From Alphaproteobacteria bacterium (GTDB lineage: Bacteria > Pseudomonadota > Alphaproteobacteria > UBA828): DNA of 64,000 nt. Positions within the stretch are counted from its first letter, which is position 1; each line of letters begins with the position of its first letter. The stretch covers positions 2,816,001 through 2,880,000 of the forward strand of contig OZ243972.1 of assembly GCA_965214705.1 (NCBI GenBank). The letters are read 5' to 3'. Shown here piece after piece: positions 1 to 8,166 of the stretch. The notes under the pieces are model-generated. The model searched no databases and was not told the DNA's origin. It saw only the letters and a program-made list of their open reading frames with translations. Made by a program: the position numbers and the translations under genes.

Positions 1-240
1 ACACGGTAGGCCGTGCCGGGGGTCAGGCGTCGGCTGGCATGTCCCCGTGCGCGAGACGCGCATTGTCGACGGCCTCTTCCCGCGGCGCGTCCGCCGACCG
101 GCCTAGCGGCCGGCTCCCGCATCCGGCACCGTCCGCGCATGTCCCGGAACAGCGGCACCCCACCCTCGCCGGACCGGTCCGGAGGATCGGAGCTGACGGA
201 CGGACGCAGCACGCCGGGCACAGCCGCTCCGGGAGGCGGC

Positions 241-588
241 ATGGCGTTGCGCTACGGCTTGCCGTCCGATCTTTCCGGCTCGCTGCGCCGTCTCGACGAC
301 GGGCAACTCGACGGCCTGCTGCGCGCGGCCATTGCGGAGGCGCGCCGCCGCGGCCGCCTGCCGGACGCCATCGCCTCGCCCGAACCTCCGGGAGCGAAGA
401 AGGCGCCGGCGCGCGCCGCGCCCTCCGGGGCCAAGGCAGCAGGCAAGCCGCCGCTTCCGCCGGGACAGGCGAAGGTCATCCGTGCCGCGCTGGAGGCCGG
501 CGTCAAGCCCGCGGCCATCGCCCGGCAGTTCCGCGTCTCCCGTGCGCAGGTGGAGCGCATCGCCGGGGAGCGGCGCGACGGCGGCTGA
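241..588 (+). CDS. Small protein with C-terminal resolvase-type helix-turn-helix
   Basis: C-terminal VIRAALEAGVKPAAIARQFRVSRAQVERI is an HTH pattern; start uncertain (139 or 241). Confidence 0.55.
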   Translation: MALRYGLPSDLSGSLRRLDDGQLDGLLRAAIAEARRRGRLPDAIASPEPPGAKKAPARAAPSGAKAAGKPPLPPGQAKVIRAALEAGVKPAAIARQFRVSRAQVERIAGERRDGG

Positions 589-730
589 CCGGGCCGACGA
601 CTGCGACTTCGTCGGTACGCCAGCCCGACAATCCTTCAGGGCAACTGTTCCCTCGGTCATGCGCGGGTATCGGATCGTTGCCGGGCCGGCCGTGCGACGG
701 CGGTGGCGAGGCCGCCGTGTTGGTGATTGT

Positions 731-1513
731 TTAGAACCGCGCCCATTTTCTGAATTGGGCACATCGGTGCGGTGACGATGCAGCCCGCCAGCATGGCGGT
801 TGGCGGCGGTCGGACGGCGCACATATTGCGAACGATCGCCGTGTTCGGCCTTGGCGCCGGCGTGCCGGCGCAGTATCCAGCCGCTTTCGCCACACCATCG
901 GACCCCGCCGGCCTTCCGCCACCTCGCAGGTCACGGTCGCGCCCTGCAGCAGTGTGTCGTATCCGGCGTCCCGGACCGCCGAGGCATGGCAGAACACGTC
1001 AGGCGAGCCGTCGTCGGGAACCAGAAACCCGAAACCCTTCGCCGGATTGAACCACTTCACAGCAGCCACGACGCGGCGGTCGAAAGCTGAGGCCTGCTCG
1101 GCGTGCGGACGGCTGTCATCGCCGCGCGGCGGCCCGCCGCTCCCCGCCGGGCTCGCGGTCGCGGTCGAGGTATCGACGGCATGGATCTGCCAGACTTGCA
1201 GACCCTGGCGGCCCTGCTCGACCTCACAGGTGACGGTTGCGCCCTCGGGCAGAGTGTCGAAGCCCGCCCGCGACACCGCCGAGATATGGCAGAACACGTC
1301 GGGAGAGCCGTCGGCGGGCGCCAGGAAGCCGAACCCCTTCACCGGATTGAACCACTTGACCGTCGCAACGATTGTTGCGCCGGGCGCCGATTCTGAACCG
1401 TCTTCCCGCCTTCCGGACGACCTGCCTTCCGTGGATTGCCTGGGCCGGCCCGCCGCTGGGCCACCGGCCGAATGACCGCGGTGAAGCGGTCTCCGCCGCA
1501 GGGCCGCCATCAT
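731..1513 (-). CDS. Tandem cold-shock domain protein
   Basis: Two CSD copies VKWFNPxKGFGFL..DGSPDVFCHxSAV with RNP1/RNP2 motifs; start and C-terminal tail uncertain. Confidence 0.85.
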   Translation of the reverse strand: MMAALRRRPLHRGHSAGGPAAGRPRQSTEGRSSGRREDGSESAPGATIVATVKWFNPVKGFGFLAPADGSPDVFCHISAVSRAGFDTLPEGATVTCEVEQGRQGLQVWQIHAVDTSTATASPAGSGGPPRGDDSRPHAEQASAFDRRVVAAVKWFNPAKGFGFLVPDDGSPDVFCHASAVRDAGYDTLLQGATVTCEVAEGRRGPMVWRKRLDTAPARRRQGRTRRSFAICAPSDRRQPPCWRAASSPHRCAQFRKWARF

Positions 1514-1750
1514 AGCCACGGCCGGGAGGCGGCGACAGGCCAGCTGACGCCTCGTCTGTTTCCCTGCTGCCCCATGATGACGAAGCGCCAGCACCCTCCA
1601 CCCGCCGGCCTTTCGCCCCGACGCGCTCACCGTCAGCTCCCGCGGCCCGCACGCCGACAACAGGCAGAGGCCAGCCGGGATCGGGGCGGCGGGGCGGCGC
1701 TGCAGAGCGGGTCCCCGCCGTAGGCAGTCACCACCGGGGGAGACGGCACA

Positions 1751-2074
1751 ATGCGAACCGGCCGGACGTTCCATCGCGACGCGCAGACATTCTTGGTCCA
1801 CCTGTTCGGGCAAGGTCTCAAGGACGACCGCTACGTCGTCGAGAAATACCGCTCCCATCCAAACGGCGAGATCGAGCCCATCCAGGCGGAGCAGCCCAGG
1901 ACGAAGAGCCGGCGCAGGCAACGGCGCACGATTGCGAGCCTGGCCGCCGTCAAGCGGATGCGGCCCGAGCGCGACGAGATCATCGTGTGCACAGCGCTCA
2001 ACCTGAAGGACTCCGGCGTACAGCTTTGGGGGATCTCGGCCAGTGGTCTCCGCGCCGCCCGCCAGCTGCGCTGA
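1751..2074 (+). CDS. Hypothetical protein
   Basis: 107-aa ORF with GGAG upstream, ends 13 bp before the next gene; no recognised motif. Confidence 0.45.
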   Translation: MRTGRTFHRDAQTFLVHLFGQGLKDDRYVVEKYRSHPNGEIEPIQAEQPRTKSRRRQRRTIASLAAVKRMRPERDEIIVCTALNLKDSGVQLWGISASGLRAARQLR

Positions 2075-2087
2075 TCGGACGCCGGAC

Positions 2088-2900
2088 ATGCCGCCGGAGA
2101 AGCCTGACGAGGAGAGGGCGAGCGGACGCAGCCGCCAGCAGCAGCTCCGTGCCGAGCGAGTCGCGCGTGGGCGCTGCCCGCGTTGTGGCAAGTGTCCTCC
2201 CGAGCCCGGCCTCAAGTTGTGCCACAACTGCGGCGAGAAGCGCAGGGCCGCCGAACGGGCCCGCCGCGCGAAGGCCCGCGCAGAGGGCAAGCGATATGGC
2301 GGCCGTGATCCGGAGCAGTGCCGCCGCGCCGACCGCGCTGGCGACAGGCGCCGCCGCCGGGCGCGGCGGGAGGCGGGACTATGCACATCCTGCGGTCTCC
2401 GCCGGCCGTCGGACAACCGCTCCCTCTGCGAACCGTGCCGCGCGGCAAGCCGCGCCGCCGCCCGCGCGCGTTGCGCAGCCCGGAGAGAGGCCGGTGTCTG
2501 TGTGCGCTGCTGCCGGCCCACATTCGCAGGCTCTTCGCGGTGCGGGCGCTGCTCCGAGCTGGAAAGGGAGCGCGTCTCGCCCGAGCGCAATAAGGCCGCC
2601 GGCAGGAAGCGGTACGCAAGGCGTCGCGCGCGACGGGTATGCGTGGATTGCTCAGCTCCCGTGGCTGGCAGTGCACGATGCGGCAGCTGTGCGCGACGGT
2701 CCAACTCACGCGCCTCCGAACCTTTCCGCGCACCCGGGCCGTTCCCCGAATACACCGTGGTCGAGCTTGAGACGGGGGACGCGATCGGGAGCTTCGAGAC
2801 CGAAGCCGAGGCCGCCGCCTGCCTTGTCTTCGCGGGGCTGCGGCCCGAGCAGGTGGAGATACGCGCCAATGTCCCGCTGATGGCGTTGTCCCCGCCATGA
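2088..2900 (+). CDS. Arg-rich protein with four CxxC-x(9-11)-CxxC zinc-finger repeats
   Basis: CPRC..CHNC, CTSC..CEPC, CVRC..CGRC, CVDC..CGSC separated by basic helices; acidic C-terminal domain. Confidence 0.7.
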   Translation: MPPEKPDEERASGRSRQQQLRAERVARGRCPRCGKCPPEPGLKLCHNCGEKRRAAERARRAKARAEGKRYGGRDPEQCRRADRAGDRRRRRARREAGLCTSCGLRRPSDNRSLCEPCRAASRAAARARCAARREAGVCVRCCRPTFAGSSRCGRCSELERERVSPERNKAAGRKRYARRRARRVCVDCSAPVAGSARCGSCARRSNSRASEPFRAPGPFPEYTVVELETGDAIGSFETEAEAAACLVFAGLRPEQVEIRANVPLMALSPP

Positions 2901-3159
2901 ACGCGGCATCGCCGCAGGAAACTTACTGGGCAGCCCGCAACGCACTTGAGCGATCACCCCCGCCCTGCTTGCCGCTTGTCGCCATCGGGCTTCTGTCCTG
3001 TGCGAGCCGCGAGGCCTGCGTCCGTCCGGCGACCGTCGAGGCAGGCCGCAAGGCCAGAGTGAAGCGAGGCTTGGAGAAGTGAGCAGGGTGGGGCCGAGAA
3101 GAGGCTCCAGCCCGCTCATCAACCTTCGTCATCAACTCGAATCGACAGGAGACAAGACC

Positions 3160-3603
3160 ATGGCGTTCGGATTGAACAGGGCAGAAGTGATCGGCCGGCT
3201 GGGTGCCGATGCGACCATCGGCAACCTCGCCTCCGGCGGGCGCGTCGCCAATATGAGCATTGCGACCGACGAGTCGTATATCGACCGGCAGAGCGGCGAG
3301 AGGGTGGACAGGACCGAGTGGCACCGCGCGGTCAGCTTCCAGAGCGGGCTGATCGACATGCTGGAGAAGCACGCCAAGAAGGGCCGGCTCGTCTACGTCG
3401 CGGGCAAGCTGCAGACCCGCAGGTGGCGCAAGGACGGCGAGGACTCGGACCGGTTCTCCACGGAGATCCTGCTGGTGCCCGGTGGCCGCGTGCAATTCCT
3501 GGATCGGCCTGCCGGCGCCAACGGCAACGGTGCCCAGGCGCCCGACGGTGAGGCTACGCCGGCCGCCGACGCCGATCCCGCCGACAGCACCATACCTTTC
3601 TAG
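3160..3603 (+). CDS. ssb: Single-stranded DNA-binding protein
   Basis: LNRAEVIGRLGAD, TEWHR, KKGRLVYVAGKLQTRRW, acidic tail ending IPF; AGGAG RBS. Confidence 0.95.
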   Translation: MAFGLNRAEVIGRLGADATIGNLASGGRVANMSIATDESYIDRQSGERVDRTEWHRAVSFQSGLIDMLEKHAKKGRLVYVAGKLQTRRWRKDGEDSDRFSTEILLVPGGRVQFLDRPAGANGNGAQAPDGEATPAADADPADSTIPF

Positions 3604-3630
3604 TCCAGAGCGCGCCTCGCGCTCGCCCCC

Positions 3631-3674
3631 AGGGCCGACCACGCGTTCCTCCCGCGCGTGGTCGGCCCTTTCTC
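3631..3674 (+). terminator. Intrinsic terminator after ssb
   Basis: AGGGCCGACCACGCG / CGCGTGGTCGGCCCT stem followed by TTCTC. Confidence 0.6.
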
Positions 3675-3878
3675 GTTAACTCCCTGCCCACTCCTTGACG
3701 GGCCGGACGGCGCGCCGTGCGCTTCGCGCGCCGCCCCCCGTCCCGGCGCCGGCGAGAGGCCGGTCGTGGCCGGGACCGGGGCGCGTCCCACGCAGCGTCC
3801 GGAGAGGTCTCTCATGCGCCCCATCCCCGCTCACAGGTCCGGCTCCGCCGGTCCCCTTTCCGGCCCGAGGTGTGCATC

Positions 3879-4871
3879 GTGAGCGCCGCCGCTCGCGTCG
3901 CGGCCGCCCTCGGCGCACGCGCCGAGGAGGTGTGCCGCCGCTACCTGCCCCAAGGCCGCAAGCAGGGCCGATACTGGACCGCCGGCGACGTCTACGGCGC
4001 GCGGGGGCGGTCGCTCTTCGTCCGCCTGGCGCCCCCCGGCGTCCCGGGGAAGTGGACCGACGCAAGCAGCGGCGAGCACGGCGACCTGCTCGACCTCATT
4101 CGCATCGCCTCCGGCGCGGGCTCGCTCCGCGCAGCCCTCGCCGAGGCGCACGCCTTCCTCGCGTCGCCGCCCATGCCGTCCTCCGCCGTTCGCGAAGACT
4201 ACGACCGCACCGAGGCGGCCCGCCGTCTCTGGCAGCGCTGCCGCGCCATCGACGGCACCCATGCCGAGGCCTACCTCGAGGCGCGCGGTATTGAGCGCTG
4301 CCGCTTCGCGGCCCTGCGCTTCCATCCCGGCCTCTTCTGCCGCGACGACGGCGGCGTGCGCCGCCTGCCGGCCCTGGTCGCGGCCGTCACCGGCACCGAC
4401 GAAGCCGTCTGCGGCGTGCTGCGAACGTGGTTGCACCCGGCCAAGCCCGCCAAGGCGAATGTGAGTCGCCCGCGCAAGGCGCTGGGCCGCGTCCACGGCC
4501 GCGCCGTCCGCTTCGGCGCTCCCGGCGCCGGCACGCTGCTGGTCGGCGAGGGGATCGAGACCGTGCTCTCCATCGTCACTGCCATCCCCGACACCGTCGC
4601 CGCCGCGGCGCTGTCCGCCGGCAGCCTCGGCGCATTCGCGCCGCCTGCCGGCATCACGCGGCTGGTGATCGCGCGCGATAACGATCCCGAGGGAGAGCGT
4701 GCCGTCGAGCGCCTCGCCCGGCGCTGCGCGCGGGCGGGCGTCGCCGCCACCGTCATCGTGCCCGCGGGCGATGACTTCAACAGCGATCTCGTCGCCTTCG
4801 GCGCGCCGGCGCTTCGCGCCAGGCTCGCGCCGATCTTCCGCCGCCGGGTCTGTGCCGGGGACCGGTGGTGA
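3879..4871 (+). CDS. Plasmid/ICE primase-like TOPRIM domain protein (DUF7146/Toprim_3 type)
   Basis: GKWTDASSGEHGDLLDLI N-terminus; LLVGEGIET and IARDND TOPRIM acidic motifs; GDDFNSDL. Confidence 0.8.
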   Translation: MSAAARVAAALGARAEEVCRRYLPQGRKQGRYWTAGDVYGARGRSLFVRLAPPGVPGKWTDASSGEHGDLLDLIRIASGAGSLRAALAEAHAFLASPPMPSSAVREDYDRTEAARRLWQRCRAIDGTHAEAYLEARGIERCRFAALRFHPGLFCRDDGGVRRLPALVAAVTGTDEAVCGVLRTWLHPAKPAKANVSRPRKALGRVHGRAVRFGAPGAGTLLVGEGIETVLSIVTAIPDTVAAAALSAGSLGAFAPPAGITRLVIARDNDPEGERAVERLARRCARAGVAATVIVPAGDDFNSDLVAFGAPALRARLAPIFRRRVCAGDRW

Positions 4872-4969
4872 CGATCGCCCGGCGAGAGACCGGGAAGAGC
4901 AGGCGCCGGGCGAGCGGCGCAGAGAGGGAGAGAGGTCTCTCCCCGCCGCCATCACGCCAGGAGCGCAGC

Positions 4970-5206
4970 ATGAGCAGCACCATCACCTTCACGCGCGTCG
5001 GCGACGACGAGGCTCGCATCCTCGACGCCGACGGCGGCCACGTCGGCGACCTCTTCCGTCATCCCGACATCCTGAATCCTGCGTCGTCGTTCTTCGTGAT
5101 CCATCTCGACGAAGACCCCCGTGGCCCAGTGCGTGTGCACGAGCGCTCGCGCATTCGCCAGGTGGCCGAGGAGCGTATCCGCTCACACCCACTCTGGTCG
5201 TCGTGA
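4970..5206 (+). CDS. Hypothetical protein
   Basis: 78-aa ORF with AGGAG RBS and typical codon usage. Confidence 0.55.
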   Translation: MSSTITFTRVGDDEARILDADGGHVGDLFRHPDILNPASSFFVIHLDEDPRGPVRVHERSRIRQVAEERIRSHPLWSS

Positions 5207-5289
5207 TGCCGGCAGGCACAACAGAAACGGGGGCCGTGCGTGGGGAGAGAATAGCCACCCCGTCGTGATGGCCGAGTCTCACACACGTG

Positions 5290-5699
5290 CTTGTTCCAGC
5301 AACCCTGCGGGTCCTCCGGTCGCTCCGCTCCCTGCGGCCTGACCCAAGATGGTCTAAGGCGGGCCGTGAACGTCGCCGACCGTGAAGTTGGCTCGCGTGA
5401 ACTCTCCAACGCCTCGTCTGAGGCGCACCGGCCCCTGAAGCGCGGGGCCGGCGCGTCGGCCTGATGCTAGCAGTCCTGAAGAAGGCCTACTCGAAACGCG
5501 GCTACCCACCACGGCTGCGCATCAGGCCTCCCAGGCACAGAGAACGCCAACTTCCGCACCAACATCGGCGACGTTCCGCACCAACTCCCGCCTAAGACCA
5601 TCTAGGGCCAGGTGCTTCCACTGCGCGCGCGTGAAGAGAAACGACATCACGAAGGGGCACTGGGCCCCGGAGGATGAACATCCAGAGGGATGAAACAAG
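5290..5699. promoter_or_regulatory. Long nested inverted-repeat region upstream of the DUF2493 gene (candidate ssDNA promoter or structured RNA)
   Basis: Nested arms 5312-5319/5667-5674, 5338-5363/5587-5612 (23/26), 5368-5379/5565-5576, 5384-5392/5546-5554, 5458-5467/5519-5528. Confidence 0.55.
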
Positions 5700-5709
5700 G
5701 GAGGTCGAC

Positions 5710-6636
5710 ATGATCGACACCACAAACGCTACCCCGACCGCGTCAGCAACCGCTGCAGTCTGCGACAGCATGGCCCTCTACGGCGCAAGCCCCGAGCGCG
5801 GCGAGCTCGACAGCCGCGTCGTCTGGGACGAGGACGACGCCATCGATGCGCTGAACGAAGCCATCCGCGTCATCGTCGACGGCATCACCGTAGACGGCAC
5901 TCAGATGGCCGACGAGCGCGAGCCGCTGATGTGGGGCCTGACCAACATGCTGCACTCACAGGTCACACGCCTCGACCGCGCCGTCGACCGCATCGCGCCC
6001 GAGATGAAGGACCTCGAGAAGGCGCAGGACGGATCGGAGGTCAAGGCGTGGGAGCTGCAGACCCTCACGGACCGTGCGCAGAACCTCGGCGACCGCCGCG
6101 ACGCCTTCGAGAAGCTCCGCGACCTCGCCGCCGACGCCTACCGCGTCGAGACCGGCGACGTCTGGCGCCCAAGGCACGGATCGCACGCGAGCCAGACCGG
6201 CACGCTGACCTCCGCCGCCATCGACGCACGCGACTTCAGGCGCGCACGCAAGGACCGCGAGACCCGCGCGCACCTGCCCGAGGGCACCCTGGTCGCCGTC
6301 ACCGGCGGCAAGACCGTCAGCGATGCCGACGCCGTCTGGAGCACGCTCGACATGGCGCGCGCGAAGTACGGCGACATGGTGCTGCTACATGGCGGCGGTC
6401 CCGGCGTCGAGAAGATCGCGGCAAGCTGGGCAGAGGCCAGAGGCGTCAACCAGGTCATCTGCCGCCCGGACTGGAACGCGCACGGCAAGGCCGCGCCCTT
6501 CCGTCGCAACGACGACCTGCTCAACCTGCTGCCCAAGGGCGTCATCGCCTTCCCCGGCAGCGGGATCACCGGCAACCTCGTCGACAAAGCTCGGCAGCTG
6601 GGGATACCGGTCATGAAGGTTCAGCTCGCCGCATGA
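5710..6636 (+). CDS. DUF2493 / YspA-like SLOG family protein
   Basis: C-terminal VAVTGG, LLHGG.PGVEKIAASWA, PDWNAHGKAAPFRRND, IAFPGSGITGNL; GGAGG RBS. Confidence 0.85.
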   Translation: MIDTTNATPTASATAAVCDSMALYGASPERGELDSRVVWDEDDAIDALNEAIRVIVDGITVDGTQMADEREPLMWGLTNMLHSQVTRLDRAVDRIAPEMKDLEKAQDGSEVKAWELQTLTDRAQNLGDRRDAFEKLRDLAADAYRVETGDVWRPRHGSHASQTGTLTSAAIDARDFRRARKDRETRAHLPEGTLVAVTGGKTVSDADAVWSTLDMARAKYGDMVLLHGGGPGVEKIAASWAEARGVNQVICRPDWNAHGKAAPFRRNDDLLNLLPKGVIAFPGSGITGNLVDKARQLGIPVMKVQLAA

Positions 6637-6659
6637 CGATGGCGCCACCTGTCCACTAC

Positions 6660-6702
6660 GAGCCGATCGCTGCCTCTGCGGCGATCGGCTCCCCCTTTTT
6701 TT
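6660..6702 (+). terminator. Intrinsic terminator
   Basis: GAGCCGATCGC...GCGATCGGCTC stem followed by a C5T7 run. Confidence 0.7.
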
Positions 6703-7563
6703 GCCGTGCCCCCCTCGCGCATCGCGGCTCGGCGCATCCGCGCCTGCGCCGCTCGCGCTCGAACCGCCAACCCTCCCGGACGCGGCCTCGGCATCGCGGC
6801 CGTCACGGTGCTGCGCACCGTCGACGGACGCTCGCCTCAGGGCAGCGAAACCGACCGCGGTGACGTCCGCGCGGCCTCGCCCACGCTCCAACTTCACGTC
6901 GCCGTCGCCGACCGCCGTACCGGCGCGTGCATCGGCCGCGCCCCTTCGCTTGTGACCAGGACGACAACTGAGAGTGCGCCCGAGAGTGCGGCCGTTGCCG
7001 CCGTGCTGAACTTCACCTCCGCGAGACGAACTGCAAGACCCCTGCGCAGGGACCGCGTCAGCGCCGTCGCCGATGGCGACGAGCGCCGTGACACCCCGCC
7101 CGACAACGATGCCGCCGTGACTGCATGACCCTGCTTCACCCCGCTCGACACTGGCGACGACACTCGTGATGACGGTGGTGACGAGTCCGCTGCGCCGACC
7201 GTGATCGCGAGCCTCCGCACTTCGCCCCCTTGCCGTTCGGCACAACGTTTCTTCGTCGTGAGTGCTTCCTGCACTTGCAGCTCGGAGCCGTGCAACGACC
7301 TGAGGCACCGCTCCGCCGGATGCGTCGCGAGCCCCGACGCGAAGGCATCGATCAACCCGATCGCTTGTGCTGCAACGAGTTGGGGCCCTGACCGTTTCTA
7401 CTCCCCCCTCAAGTCCCGGATCTACGGCGAAGCCGCTTCGGTTGTCACACCCCACGCGCCTGAAGGCGCAGAGCTATTTTGAGGCGACATAGCCTGTCAT
7501 GGCCGGACACAAGAGGACAGAATTGTAGCGAATCCACAGGCAGTGGCGTTGGAACGAGCGAAG

Positions 7564-7635
7564 TACATTGAAATACGGCCTCCTAGCTACCTGATTGAAC
7601 GCATGTCTTGACAAGTGGAAATACATTGAAATACG
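7564..7635. repeat. 14-bp direct repeat TACATTGAAATACG x2 in AT-richer DNA upstream of the MobC-like gene (possible oriT/operator)
   Basis: Copies at 7564-7577 and 7622-7635; TTGACA at 7608. Confidence 0.5.
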
Positions 7636-7774
7636 AAGGAGCTTTGCGAATCCTACCGGCGCGTAGTTCTTTGAAACACGCGACTTGAACGGGCTGACAG
7701 GGCGACACATGTCCGCAATCCGGAACACGAAAAGATGAACGCCCAGCGAGACCGCCTTGCGGGAGAACGCGATC

Positions 7775-8158
7775 GTGACGAACAAGAGCAAGACAACACC
7801 CCGCTCCAAGACCCAAGTCGATGACAAACCGACCGGGACTCGCTCGCCGAGGACCATCAGATTCACAAATGCCGAGTGGGCGAAGGTCCAACGCGCAGCA
7901 GCAGAAGCCAAGATTTCGACCGCCACCTTCGCGCGCAACGCCGTCCTGAACGCCGTAGTCGAACCCACGGAGGCCTCGGACGGCGCCCTTCCGCCCGGCA
8001 TGCTCGAGCTGGTCAAGCGCACTTATCGCAGCGCCTACATCCTTTCGACGCTAAAGCGGGACGATATGATCCGCGAAGGGCGGCAGGAACAACTCGAACG
8101 TACGGTTCAGGCTGCGCGCGATGCCCAGGCTCACGTCCTCGGCGACGCGTCCGAGTAG
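7775..8158 (+). CDS. MobC-like ribbon-helix-helix protein
   Basis: RTIRFTNAEWAKVQRAAAEAKISTATFARNAVL is a typical RHH/MobC pattern. Confidence 0.65.
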   Translation: MTNKSKTTPRSKTQVDDKPTGTRSPRTIRFTNAEWAKVQRAAAEAKISTATFARNAVLNAVVEPTEASDGALPPGMLELVKRTYRSAYILSTLKRDDMIREGRQEQLERTVQAARDAQAHVLGDASE

Positions 8159-8166
8159 GTCGTAGT

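Noticed and set aside
731-2869. 712-aa minus-strand ORF as one protein
   Set aside because: Only the last ~260 aa (CSDs) are credible; the rest is antisense to the Zn-finger gene
5476-5505. Hammerhead-like core CTGAAGA...GAAAC inside the long hairpin
   Set aside because: Stem II (AGGCCTACTC) cannot pair and no stem III/NUH site is evident; at most a degenerate relic
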